Assembly (NCBI GenBank): GCA_046290225.1
Contig: JBKAGE010000056.1
Span: forward strand, 1 to 63,748
Length of the DNA: 63,748 nucleotides
Origin: Bradymonadia bacterium
GTDB lineage: Bacteria > Myxococcota_A > Bradymonadia > UBA7976 > UBA1532
Direction: 5' to 3'
The position numbers were made by a program, and so were the translations under genes. Positions 1 to 10,859 of this stretch are shown piece after piece (position 1 is the first letter of the stretch; every line of letters begins with the position of its first letter). Under the pieces are notes generated by a model, which made no database searches, was not told the DNA's origin, and saw only the letters and a program-made list of their open reading frames with translations.

Positions 1-23
1 TTCGCTCGTTTCGTGTTGCTCAT
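1..23 (-). CDS. Possible 5' end of a gene running off the left edge (MSNTKRA...)
   Basis: ATG at 23 on the minus strand preceded by GAAGGC; only 7 codons visible. Confidence 0.25.
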
Positions 24-203
24 GCCTTCAAATTACCCGGGACACCCAGGGGTTTTCCAGGCCCCAAATGTGTCCAACGCCTGGGGGGATACGCATCACG
101 AAGCCCGTCTCACCCAGGTCATGCACACCACCGGCATTCGCTTTTTTTGTTGTGATGGTTTTTTCCGAACTTTTTCGAGAACGCCTGGCGCGACGAAGAA
201 AAA

Positions 204-1751
204 CTAGAGTGTTTTCAGATACTCCAACAACGCCAAACGCTCTTCGTCGGTGAGCGCGTCACCGAAAGTGTGGCCTTCGTTGCTGTAGCCCAGCTCCGTG
301 GTGTCGTAGGTGAGCGCATCACCGAACGCTTCCATCTCTTCAGCAGTGACCGCCTCATGGGGCCAGCCGAGCTGCTCGAGATCGTATTGCGCCGTGCGGG
401 GGTTGTAGTCCGCCCGGCGCCAGTGGGTCGGTCGGGTGCTGCTGTCGAGCAGCGCCGCCAGCGTGGGCACGCTGCCATTGTGCAGATAGGGCGCCGTGGC
501 CCACACGCCATCCAGCGGGGGAGCGAGGTACACCGGCTCAGGGATCACCTCCGAAGGGTAGAGCGCCTGCCCGAACCAGCCGTCGTTGTACCAGGCGACC
601 TGCTCTTCGCCCCAGATGAACTGCTGCGCATAGGTCGGATCAGTGCCCACGATTTCGAAGGGCACCAGCACATTGGGGTAGGTATCGTCGGCATCGGTGG
701 CGCCATAGGTGCCGTGGCATCCGCTGCAGGTCGATTCGAAGACCAGCATGCCCTCTGCGGCGAGGGCCGCGTCCACCTCACCGGGAAAGGCCGGTGGCTG
801 AAGCTCGCGCAGCCACGCGAAGACATCGTCGAAGTGCTCCAGAATCTGCGCCGCGTGCTCGGCATCGCGCAGACCGCCGAGGGCGATCTGCATCAGTAAT
901 TTGGTGTGATCACCCCGGCCCATGCCCGAGTAGTACAGCGCCGTCTTCTTCTTGACGTTCCACCAGGGGGGCACGTCGGAGCCCACACCGTTCGAGCCGT
1001 CGATGACCTTGTCCCACTGAGCCTCGTCGATCCAGGTGAGATCATCAGGGTCGCGATGCGCCGCGAGGCCCTTCTCGAGCAACGCGGCACCGTTTGGGCC
1101 GAAGAAGGGCACCAGGGCGGTGTCGCCCACCCCTTGCACGCCGAGGCTGGCGTGCTCGTAGGCTTTCCACTCAGGTGAGTCTGCGCCGTAGCGCTGGGTC
1201 ACCAGCGTGTCGAGGGCCCGGAAGGTGCCAGTGCTCCCGAAACCCCCATTGGCCGTGAAGTCGGAGAAGGCATCGCCGAGCCCCGGGATGAACTCGCCGT
1301 TGATGAAGCTGGCGTGGCACCCCAGACAGGTGATGCCGCTCACCACCTTCACGGGGGTGCCATCAATATCAACGTCAAAGACATTGAACGTCGCCGGGAT
1401 CTCGGCAGCCTCACCCGTGCGCCCGAGGATGTTCGACGACGAGGGCCCGATGAACTCCATGTAGAGATCATAGGGCACCCCGCTGCCGAGGTAGTCGCCA
1501 TAGATGAGGTAGTTCCACCCTGCCTCGGGGTCACCCACACGCTGAGGGCTCTCTGGCGCTGGGCGAATCTGAGGGCCCATGGCGATCTCAGCGTCGGGTG
1601 CCGTTGGAGTGGCGTCTGCCTGCTCGATGCCTGCGTCGGGTGTGGGCGTCGAAGTGTCGCTGTTGGCACCGTCGTCACACCCGGAGAGGGCGAGCAAGAG
1701 GCTGGGCAGTGAGATGAGAGGCAGGGAGATCAGAGGCAGGGTCTTGCGCAT
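204..1751 (-). CDS. Di-heme c-type cytochrome lipoprotein, RoxA/cytochrome c peroxidase-like superfamily
   Basis: Lipobox LALSGC; two heme motifs (CLGCH, CSGCH); C-terminal APPLDGVWATAPYLHNGSVPTL, YSNEGH and ALLEYLKTL motifs; start placed at MRKTLPL. Confidence 0.8.
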   Translation of the reverse strand: MRKTLPLISLPLISLPSLLLALSGCDDGANSDTSTPTPDAGIEQADATPTAPDAEIAMGPQIRPAPESPQRVGDPEAGWNYLIYGDYLGSGVPYDLYMEFIGPSSSNILGRTGEAAEIPATFNVFDVDIDGTPVKVVSGITCLGCHASFINGEFIPGLGDAFSDFTANGGFGSTGTFRALDTLVTQRYGADSPEWKAYEHASLGVQGVGDTALVPFFGPNGAALLEKGLAAHRDPDDLTWIDEAQWDKVIDGSNGVGSDVPPWWNVKKKTALYYSGMGRGDHTKLLMQIALGGLRDAEHAAQILEHFDDVFAWLRELQPPAFPGEVDAALAAEGMLVFESTCSGCHGTYGATDADDTYPNVLVPFEIVGTDPTYAQQFIWGEEQVAWYNDGWFGQALYPSEVIPEPVYLAPPLDGVWATAPYLHNGSVPTLAALLDSSTRPTHWRRADYNPRTAQYDLEQLGWPHEAVTAEEMEAFGDALTYDTTELGYSNEGHTFGDALTDEERLALLEYLKTL

Positions 1752-1886
1752 GGGCTCGTCACCAGGGGGTCGCTGGGGTCCGTGGATTGGACCACACATT
1801 CCACTTCAACTGCTCGAACATTCGTGCGTAAGAGAGTAGACAGGTCTACGTCAGGTGGCAGGTGACACCTCAAAGGGGCAACGAAG

Positions 1887-3605
1887 ATGAAGTGGATGTA
1901 TGGATTAGCGCTGAGCTTCGCGCTCACGTGCCCTGAGCTGGCCACGGCGTGTGGCGGCTTGTTCTGTGATACGGCCCAACCTGTCAATCAAGAGGCAGAG
2001 CGGATTCTGTTCGTACGGGATGTGGATGATCCCGAGTTGATGCACATGCACGTGCAGATTCGCTACCAGGGCCCACCGACGGAGTTTGGTTGGATCCTGC
2101 CCGTGCCGCCGGATGTAGACAGCAGTCTGGGCTTGGAGGGGCTGTTTCAAGCACTCGACAACAGTGCTGCGCCCATCTTTGGTCTCACCGTCAATAACCT
2201 GTGTAGCCGAGGTGGTGGCAACCGCAGCGCCGGAGGTGCTGGGGGGGCAGGAGGCGCTGGCGGTGGTATGGGTGGCGGTGGTGGTGAGTTCGGCGGCGTA
2301 CAGGTGCTCAGTCGCGCTCAGGTGGGGCCCTACGATCAAGTGGTGCTCGACGCTGTCACGGTGGAAGACCTGAGGGCGTGGCTCGACGAGAACGCATTTC
2401 AAATCCCCGACAGCATCGACGAGCGTCTCGCGCCGTATATCGAGCAAGGGTCGGTCTTTCTCGCCCTCAAGCTGCTCCCCGATCAGGATGCTGGCGACAT
2501 CGCGCCCCTGCACCTGACGTTCACCAGCCCCATGCCGGGGATCCCGTTGCGACCCACTGCGGTGGCTGCAGAGCAGGACATGGGCATCCTGGTGCACCTG
2601 CTCGGCGAGACTCGGGCAGTGCCCTTGAACTACGATCACGTGCGCATCAACGACGCCCTCGTCGACTGGCAGAGCAATGGCAGCAACTATGCTGACGTGG
2701 TCAGTCACGCCATCGACGCAGCAGAGGGCGGACGTGGCTTCGTCACTGACAGCGCTGATCCCTCCGGGGGTGATGCGGTCGCCCGTCAACTCGCCTTATC
2801 TCTGGCGTTCTATGAGGATATGTCGTGGCGAATGGCCCTCTCTGAGGTCAGGGATATGAGGGGATGGTGGGCGTTCGTCGACGCCCATGAGCCGCCCAGG
2901 GGAGATGTCGACTTGCGCCGGCTGTTGGTGAGCATCGTGCCCGAGCCAGAGGAAGACCTGTCTCTTTTTACATGGGAAGATCTCCTCATCAGTTGTTGGG
3001 GCTGTGAAGGACTTGCGGAGCGGGCAGAAGGCATACATGCGAGGGTGGCGGACATCGCCGTTGACGGCCCCGCCATCCTTGAGGCCATCGAAGAGCAACT
3101 CCTGCCTGCGACCCGCCATGTGGTCACTTCTGGAGAGCGTTGGCCCTACTTGACCCGCTTGTTCACCACGATGAGCCCCGATGAGATGGAGCAGGATCCC
3201 ATCTTTGGCTTCAACGCTGATCTGCCTGAAGTGTCCAGGGTCCGCACGGCGACCATGAACATCTATTGTGATGGAGCCGATATCGTGACCCCAGACGGGT
3301 TCTCGTACGCAGCGAACAACCAGACTGTCGTTCAGCGCCAGAATGGACAGACTGTCCGTGGGGCTGATGAGCCCCCAGCCCTGGCCATCGAGCGCATGCG
3401 CGAAGAAGGCCCGCCCATGATCCTCGAAAACTATGACGAGGCTCTGCGCACACGTTATGTCGCGCCAGCACGACTCGGAGGCAGCGGGCAGGCACTCGAG
3501 CCCGAAGAAGGATGCGATTGCAGCGCAACCGGCTCGGGGTCAGCTGGCTGGCTGTGGGCGCTGCTGGGGCTCGGTTTCACGAGGCGTCGACGAGGGCGTT
3601 GTTGA
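1887..3605 (+). CDS. DUF2330 domain protein with MYXO-CTERM-like sorting tail
   Basis: Signal peptide followed by CGGLFC...VNQEAERILF, FGWILPVP, IPLRPTAVAA, YLTRLFTTMSPDEM; tail GCDCSA...WALLGLGFTRRRR. Confidence 0.85.
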   Translation: MKWMYGLALSFALTCPELATACGGLFCDTAQPVNQEAERILFVRDVDDPELMHMHVQIRYQGPPTEFGWILPVPPDVDSSLGLEGLFQALDNSAAPIFGLTVNNLCSRGGGNRSAGGAGGAGGAGGGMGGGGGEFGGVQVLSRAQVGPYDQVVLDAVTVEDLRAWLDENAFQIPDSIDERLAPYIEQGSVFLALKLLPDQDAGDIAPLHLTFTSPMPGIPLRPTAVAAEQDMGILVHLLGETRAVPLNYDHVRINDALVDWQSNGSNYADVVSHAIDAAEGGRGFVTDSADPSGGDAVARQLALSLAFYEDMSWRMALSEVRDMRGWWAFVDAHEPPRGDVDLRRLLVSIVPEPEEDLSLFTWEDLLISCWGCEGLAERAEGIHARVADIAVDGPAILEAIEEQLLPATRHVVTSGERWPYLTRLFTTMSPDEMEQDPIFGFNADLPEVSRVRTATMNIYCDGADIVTPDGFSYAANNQTVVQRQNGQTVRGADEPPALAIERMREEGPPMILENYDEALRTRYVAPARLGGSGQALEPEEGCDCSATGSGSAGWLWALLGLGFTRRRRGRC

Positions 3606-3653
3606 ACTCTTCGTGTGTTGGTTACACTCATGGCGTTCTTCGAGAGGGCAGCT

Positions 3654-4436
3654 ATGAACACCACTGCACTGCATCATCTGCGCGCCCGAGACGCGGCGCC
3701 GCTCTTTGTCACGGGGGCGGGCATCAGCGTAGCCTCGGGGCTCCCCACCTTCAGAGGTTCGGATCCTGACGCCATCTGGTCCAACGGTGTGTTGGATAAG
3801 GGCACACTCGACTACTTTCGCCGATTCCCCGAGCGATCGTGGGCGTGGTATCTGAGCCGCTTCGATGGTCTGCGTGGGGCCCAACCCAACGCCGCCCACC
3901 TGGCCGTTGCAGAGATCGAGCGCAAGCGTCCGCTCACCATGCTCATCACCCAGAACATCGACGAGCTTCATCAACGAGCAGGGTCCGGCCAACACGTGGA
4001 GATCCACGGATCGGCCTACAAGATGCGGTGTACCAATCGGTACTGTGAGTATGGCCATCCCCGTGGCTTCATGCCTTGGGACGAAGGTGTGCTCAAGGCG
4101 TTTCGGGCCAACCCTTCACGCAAGACCGTGCCCCGGTGCTCCAACTGCGGCAAGTTCCTGCGCCCTCACGTGCTCTGGTTCGATGAGAGCTACACGAGTC
4201 ACCATGACTACCAGTTCAACACGGCGATGAACTGGCTACACGAAGCGACGATGATCGTCTTCATCGGCACCTCGTTGGCTGTAGGCATCACCGAGATGGT
4301 CATCGAGCATGGACGCCAGACCAACACCCCTATGTGGATCATCGATCCACACATGAGCGAGAGTCCGTCACCTGTATTGAAGCTGATTCAGAGGGCTGCG
4401 GAAGATGTGCTGCCGGAGTGGGCGGAGGCTATGTGA
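3654..4436 (+). CDS. cobB: NAD-dependent protein deacylase, sirtuin (CobB-like)
   Basis: TGAGISVASGLPTFRG, ITQNIDELHQRAG, EIHG, Zn-binding Cys pairs, LRPHVLWFDE, IGTS. Confidence 0.85.
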   Translation: MNTTALHHLRARDAAPLFVTGAGISVASGLPTFRGSDPDAIWSNGVLDKGTLDYFRRFPERSWAWYLSRFDGLRGAQPNAAHLAVAEIERKRPLTMLITQNIDELHQRAGSGQHVEIHGSAYKMRCTNRYCEYGHPRGFMPWDEGVLKAFRANPSRKTVPRCSNCGKFLRPHVLWFDESYTSHHDYQFNTAMNWLHEATMIVFIGTSLAVGITEMVIEHGRQTNTPMWIIDPHMSESPSPVLKLIQRAAEDVLPEWAEAM

Positions 4437-4828
4437 TGTTCGAATATCGCGGTGCTATCGGTAGATACAGAGAAGAGACACTCGACAGGCGAGACCCAAG
4501 CATTCTGACCAGTCAATGTCATGGGAAGCTCTCTATACAAGAGAGACGTCAGATACGGATGTTTCTCGATCGTTTTGGTGAACCCATCGCGGCTCAGGGC
4601 CGAGGCCATACCTGTGTATTGTGTGGGGGGAGCAGCACAGAGGGTTCATGGGCTGTCATGCACGTGTCGGGCTGGATATGGCTCAACTCGTTGGCTCACT
4701 ACGTCGAAGTGCACGACGTTGTATTGCCCAATGAGTTCTTGAGCGCGATGAGAGCCTGTGAATATGGGGCTTCACCCATCGAGCCACATGCACTCGATTT
4801 TTCGAAGATACCTGAAGAGTATTGGTGA
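4436..4828 (+). CDS. Hypothetical protein, CxxC plus HYVxxH motif, possibly metal binding
   Basis: ATG overlaps the sirtuin stop (TGATG); HTCVLC and WIWLNSLAHYVEVHDVVLPNEF; more AT-rich than neighbours. Confidence 0.6.
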   Translation: MFEYRGAIGRYREETLDRRDPSILTSQCHGKLSIQERRQIRMFLDRFGEPIAAQGRGHTCVLCGGSSTEGSWAVMHVSGWIWLNSLAHYVEVHDVVLPNEFLSAMRACEYGASPIEPHALDFSKIPEEYW

Positions 4829-4848
4829 ATCGCAGGCGTTGTTTGACC

Positions 4849-6564
<1,716 letters not shown>

Positions 6565-6619
6565 CTCGCGCTCCTGCCCCGGTGTCAACTGGCCCGGGGC
6601 CTCAAAGCGGCAGACTTTA

Positions 6620-6985
6620 TCACCAGCGATTCGCGATCAGCAATCCACGGAGCGCCATCCGCAGGGGAGAAGGGCTCCAGCGCCGGCGAGATTTGAGCCG
6701 GTTGCCCCGTCGAGCGACCTGTCGCTTGAGCGTATCCAGAGATTGCGAGAGCCCGTGACGCAGGGTCTTGCCCCTGGCCTCGGCGAGGATCACGAGGCCG
6801 TCGTACGACTCCGCTCGGAGCATGAGCCGGGTGGGGCGATCAGGGCCGAGAGAATCGGCGCACGTGACCAGGACCGCCCTCAATTGATGCCGAGCACGGC
6901 GCAGAGACTTACGCGTCATCTGCTCGATTTGCATCCGCACTGGCTCGGAGAGCATGTCGCTCCGATCGACGATTTGAATCTTCAC
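6620..6985 (-). CDS. Divergent HPF/RaiA-like small protein (second copy)
   Basis: MKIQI start, size and helix/strand pattern resembling HPF/RaiA; Arg-rich C-terminus; GTG start overlaps the upstream stop; divergent from an nhaR-like gene. Confidence 0.5.
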   Translation of the reverse strand: MKIQIVDRSDMLSEPVRMQIEQMTRKSLRRARHQLRAVLVTCADSLGPDRPTRLMLRAESYDGLVILAEARGKTLRHGLSQSLDTLKRQVARRGNRLKSRRRWSPSPLRMALRGLLIANRW

Positions 6986-7362
6986 GAGACGGCCTCCATC
7001 AGCGGGTGGTTCACGATGAGCGGGGTCTGGCGTACACCGGTGCGGTGGACCGCCCTGGCGCTGTGCCAGAGGGCCAAGCGGGCTGCGGTGCGGATGGCCA
7101 CACGGCCGTTGGGCTCAGCGTGCGAAACGTAAACCGAACGCTGGTTGTCTTTGAACGTGATGCTCGCTTCACAGCGTAGACGCTTCACCACGCCAAAGGG
7201 TCGCTCTCGCAGTACGATCTCTACGGCCGAGAGCGGCACCATCAGCTCGCTGAGCGCGATGCGGAGCTGCAACTCCGCATAGGCCCTCAGCGCATCTCGT
7301 TTGCCTTCGTCTTCGAACTCAGCGCGGACGTTGACGGGGATGCGCATGGGGGCTGAATGCAT
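6982..7362 (-). CDS. Divergent HPF/RaiA-like small protein (first copy)
   Basis: ALRAYAELQLRIAL...VEIVLRE...KRLRCEASI...AIRTAARLA pattern; GGAG RBS. Confidence 0.55.
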   Translation of the reverse strand: MHSAPMRIPVNVRAEFEDEGKRDALRAYAELQLRIALSELMVPLSAVEIVLRERPFGVVKRLRCEASITFKDNQRSVYVSHAEPNGRVAIRTAARLALWHSARAVHRTGVRQTPLIVNHPLMEAVS

Positions 7363-7469
7363 GGCAGTGCTCCTGAGCTTGGGGGTGTGATGGTCACGTT
7401 AGGGCGTGCATCGATTGTTCGTCCATGGGCAAATGTCGAACTAAATGTTCGGTCAAAAGGAATGGTTGG

Positions 7470-8372
7470 ATGGAGTGGCTCAACTACCATCACCTGCACT
7501 ATTTCTGGGTCGTGGCTCAGGAAGGAGGCGTGCAGGCAGCGTCGCGTCAGCTGAGGGTTTCGCCTTCTACGGTGAGCACCCAGCTCAAGGCCCTCGAGGC
7601 GCAGATCGGCTCGCCGCTGTTCCGCCGCGCCGGCAGGGGCCTGGCCATCACCGACGTCGGGCAGCTCGTGCTGCGATATGCCCACGACATCTTCAGCATC
7701 GGTGAAGAGCTCAAGGACGTCATCAACGGCCGCCTCGAGGGCCGTCCGCAGCGTTTCGCCGTGGGGGTGGCCGATGTGTTGCCCAAGCATGTCGCCCACC
7801 GACTGCTCGCGCCGGCCATCGCCGAAGAGCGGGATCTGCGATTGTTCTGCCGTGCCGATCACCCCGACGCGTTGCTCTCGGATCTCGCAGCCCATCGGCT
7901 CGACGTGGTGCTCACCGATGCCCCTGCGGGGGCGGAGAGCCCGGTGAAAGTCTACAACCACCTGCTGGGTGAGTCGGCGCTGTGTGTTTTCGCCACCCCG
8001 GAGCTCAGGGCTCGACATGGCGATGTGTTGCCCGGGTGCCTCGACGGCGCCCCCTTGTTGCTGCCGACCCGAGGGACTGTCCTCAGAGGGCTGATCGAGC
8101 ACTGGTTACAGCGACACGGCGTGCGCCCACAGATTGTCGGTGAGTTCGAAGACAGCGGCATTTTGAAGATCTTCGGGGGCCATGGGCTGGGGCTCTTCAT
8201 CCAGCCCGAGCTGGTGGCCGACGAGATCGTGCAGGGCTTCGGCGTACAGGTGGTGGGCACCCTCGACGGAGTGGTCGACCGGTTCTATTGCCTCACGGCT
8301 GAGCGGCGGCTGGTTCATCCGGTGACAGCGCGGTTGGTGTCGAACGCCCGCGAGGTGCTGCAGCAGAGCTGA
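7470..8372 (+). CDS. nhaR: LysR-family transcriptional regulator, NhaR-like
   Basis: MEWLNYHHLHYFWVVA N-terminus; VGVADVLPK, IVGEFEDSG, ERRLVHP. Confidence 0.85.
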   Translation: MEWLNYHHLHYFWVVAQEGGVQAASRQLRVSPSTVSTQLKALEAQIGSPLFRRAGRGLAITDVGQLVLRYAHDIFSIGEELKDVINGRLEGRPQRFAVGVADVLPKHVAHRLLAPAIAEERDLRLFCRADHPDALLSDLAAHRLDVVLTDAPAGAESPVKVYNHLLGESALCVFATPELRARHGDVLPGCLDGAPLLLPTRGTVLRGLIEHWLQRHGVRPQIVGEFEDSGILKIFGGHGLGLFIQPELVADEIVQGFGVQVVGTLDGVVDRFYCLTAERRLVHPVTARLVSNAREVLQQS

Positions 8373-8378
8373 GCGCAG

Positions 8379-9860
8379 TCAGCGCTTCTTTGGGCCCTTC
8401 TTCGAGTGGGGCTTGCGGCTGCGCCGGCGGACCGAGGTTGAGGGGCCCTTCTGCGGTGGCCCTTGGGGCCTGGGAGGCTCGGCGTACTCCAGCGCAGCGC
8501 CGGGGGCTGCCTGCTCCGGAGGACCTTGCGGGCTCTCGTCAGGTGAAGCCAGCGGCTCCTCCGGCGGGGGCTCGCCATTGGCTTCGGCCTGCTGACGCTT
8601 GCGGAGGATGTACACGATGATGCCCACCGAGGCCGCTCCGCCGAAGACGCGGGTCACCACCGTGGCCGCAGCAGCGCCGATGGCGCCGTACTCGGGGATC
8701 AGCATGTAGTTGGCGGTGAAGTTCACGGCGATCCGGGCGAAGACGAGCTTCACCAGGATGTCGGGCCGGTTGATGCTGTAGTGGATGTACCCCAGGGGGT
8801 TGAAGATCATGTCGCAGATGAGGCCCACGTACATGATGTAGAAGACCGGCAGCCCGTCAGCGTAGTCCGGCTGGAACCAGGGCAGCCACCACGACATGAA
8901 GGGCAGCGCCGGCAGGGTGGCGATGGCGATGGGCACCGTGAACTTGATGGTGCTCTTGATGAAGGCCTTGAGCTCCTCGGTCTTCTCCATGGAGGTGACC
9001 TTGGGGAACATCACGTTGGCCACTGCGCCGGTGATGAAGTTGAGCACCATGGCGTAGGTCCATGCGCAGCCGTAGATGCCCACCACCTCGTCGGAGGTGA
9101 ACTTGGCCAGCATCAGCGTGTCGAGCTGCTCGAAGATGCTGCCGGCGACGACGATGATGCCGGTGTACTTGCAGAAGGGGACGAGCTCTCTGACGCTCTC
9201 TTTGAACTCGGCCCTGGTGACCTGCATCATCCCCTTGGGCGCGAAATACATCCCCAGAGAGAACCCGATCAGGTTCACCACGGCGTCGAGGATGATCATC
9301 TCCGAGGGGCCCAGCATGGCCAGGGCCCACATGATCACGAAGAGCCCCACCCGGATCGCCGCTGTGCTCACGGTGATGATGCTGCGCAGCCCGAACCGCT
9401 GCAGCGCCTGGGTGAAGAACATGTAGTGGCCGTAGAGGGTGCCCCCGACGAGGCCGAGGAACACCCACCGCATGGGCTCTGCCAGGGCGTCGTTGCCATA
9501 GATGTCCTGGGCGAGGTAGTCCACCATGAAGTAGCCCACCACCGTGGTGAGCAGCGTGAGCACCAGCCTCAGCACCAGCGCCGTGGCGATCCGGGCCCAG
9601 GCCTTGGCCATGTTGCCTTCGTTGGCGTACTGAGAGGCGAAGCGCACCATGGCGTGGGCAAGGCCGGCATCGGTGATGGTGTTGGTGATGCCCAGAACGG
9701 CCTGGGCGGTCTGGTAGACGCCGAACAGCTCCGTCTTGAGGATGTTCTGCAATGCGATCCTCAGGATGAACCCCATACCAGAGCTCATGATCTGAGCCCC
9801 CGCGGTGAGGAAGAACTCCTTGAACAGATCGGCTTTGAGGTACGCCTTTATGCGACGCAT
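8379..9860 (-). CDS. Oligosaccharide flippase (Wzx/MOP superfamily)
   Basis: Many hydrophobic segments; FGVYQ, DAGL, QLDTLMLA, VGIYG, LIPEYGAIGAAAAT; Pro/Lys-rich tail. Confidence 0.85.
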   Translation of the reverse strand: MRRIKAYLKADLFKEFFLTAGAQIMSSGMGFILRIALQNILKTELFGVYQTAQAVLGITNTITDAGLAHAMVRFASQYANEGNMAKAWARIATALVLRLVLTLLTTVVGYFMVDYLAQDIYGNDALAEPMRWVFLGLVGGTLYGHYMFFTQALQRFGLRSIITVSTAAIRVGLFVIMWALAMLGPSEMIILDAVVNLIGFSLGMYFAPKGMMQVTRAEFKESVRELVPFCKYTGIIVVAGSIFEQLDTLMLAKFTSDEVVGIYGCAWTYAMVLNFITGAVANVMFPKVTSMEKTEELKAFIKSTIKFTVPIAIATLPALPFMSWWLPWFQPDYADGLPVFYIMYVGLICDMIFNPLGYIHYSINRPDILVKLVFARIAVNFTANYMLIPEYGAIGAAAATVVTRVFGGAASVGIIVYILRKRQQAEANGEPPPEEPLASPDESPQGPPEQAAPGAALEYAEPPRPQGPPQKGPSTSVRRRSRKPHSKKGPKKR

Positions 9861-9959
9861 ACCACCAACTCCTACATGTCCCCCCGTGCGGCGCACGCTA
9901 CGCTGAATTGAGCGGAATGTGAAGGTTCAGCCTTGAGGCGAGATGGTGGTGGGCGAAGA

Positions 9960-10625
9960 TCAGAGCCAGTCGCTGCGGGGCATGGAGGCGGCCTGTTGCA
10001 CCTGGTCGTCGACATAGAAGGGGCGACCGGTGCACCACTGAATGCTCACCACGTAGCAGCACCGCCCGGCGTCGGTGGGTTGATAAGGGCCAGTGATCGC
10101 GTCACCGCAGAGACATTCTCCAGAGCCGAACCCGCGCTCGGTGACCTGAGAGGCCAACTCCCACCTGTTGTCGTCGGTCGGCTCAGGGCATTGCCCTTCG
10201 TCGGGCAGATCGTGGCAGAAGATCTGCTCACAACACGGCCCAGACTCGAAGCCCTCGCCATCATCTGGCGGGCAGGACAAGTCATCTGGATCGGGCAGCG
10301 ACGGCCAGCGGGGATCAGGGCCCGGTGTGCCACCTACGGGCTCACCGCCAATGGGCTCACCGCCAACGGGCTCACCACCAACGGGCTCGCCGCCCATGGG
10401 CATACCCCCCACACCGCCTTCATTGCCTGCGCCACCCACACCGCCACCGATGTCACCGCCGGTGCCACCCGGAGTACCCCCGACACCACCCATGGGCATA
10501 CCGCCTGCGCCCCCGGTGGTCCCCGCGTCTGCAACAGGATCCGGGTCTTCTGCGCAACCCAACAAGGTCAGGCCGCTGGTCACAGCCCAGAGGATCCTCC
10601 GTCTCAAGTGCTCACTGCTGCTCAT
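9960..10625 (-). CDS. Cys/Gly-rich lipoprotein of unknown function
   Basis: RRR leader, lipobox LLGC, GGEP repeats, CCY...CTGRPF motif; AGGAG RBS. Confidence 0.7.
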   Translation of the reverse strand: MSSSEHLRRRILWAVTSGLTLLGCAEDPDPVADAGTTGGAGGMPMGGVGGTPGGTGGDIGGGVGGAGNEGGVGGMPMGGEPVGGEPVGGEPIGGEPVGGTPGPDPRWPSLPDPDDLSCPPDDGEGFESGPCCEQIFCHDLPDEGQCPEPTDDNRWELASQVTERGFGSGECLCGDAITGPYQPTDAGRCCYVVSIQWCTGRPFYVDDQVQQAASMPRSDWL

Positions 10626-10859
10626 CTGCGCTTCTCCTTCTCACCGGTCGAGCATGTTCTATGAACTCGATGTGGGTCGACATGAAATCTTTCCGGCCTG
10701 ATGAAAAAAGAGGGCATCAATTGAGGTGGTACGACTGAAGCGAACCACGGGCCCGAGCGGGGTTAAAAACCGCATGATGCGGTGACAGAACCACCTGTGG
10801 GGTGCTCAAGTGATTCAACGGGGGCACGAAACCCCCATCACGGGTTATGGTGCCTCGTC

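Noticed and set aside
10330..10400. 15-bp tandem repeats (GGEPV), and similar short repeats near 1705-1740 and 47938-47981, as phase-variation loci
   Set aside because: Unit lengths are multiples of three and lie in linkers or signal regions, so copy-number change would not switch the frame.
10700..10859. Possible riboswitch upstream of the Cys-rich operon (GGGGGCACGAAACCCCC hairpin)
   Set aside because: Only a single small hairpin; I could not match the conserved core of any riboswitch class.
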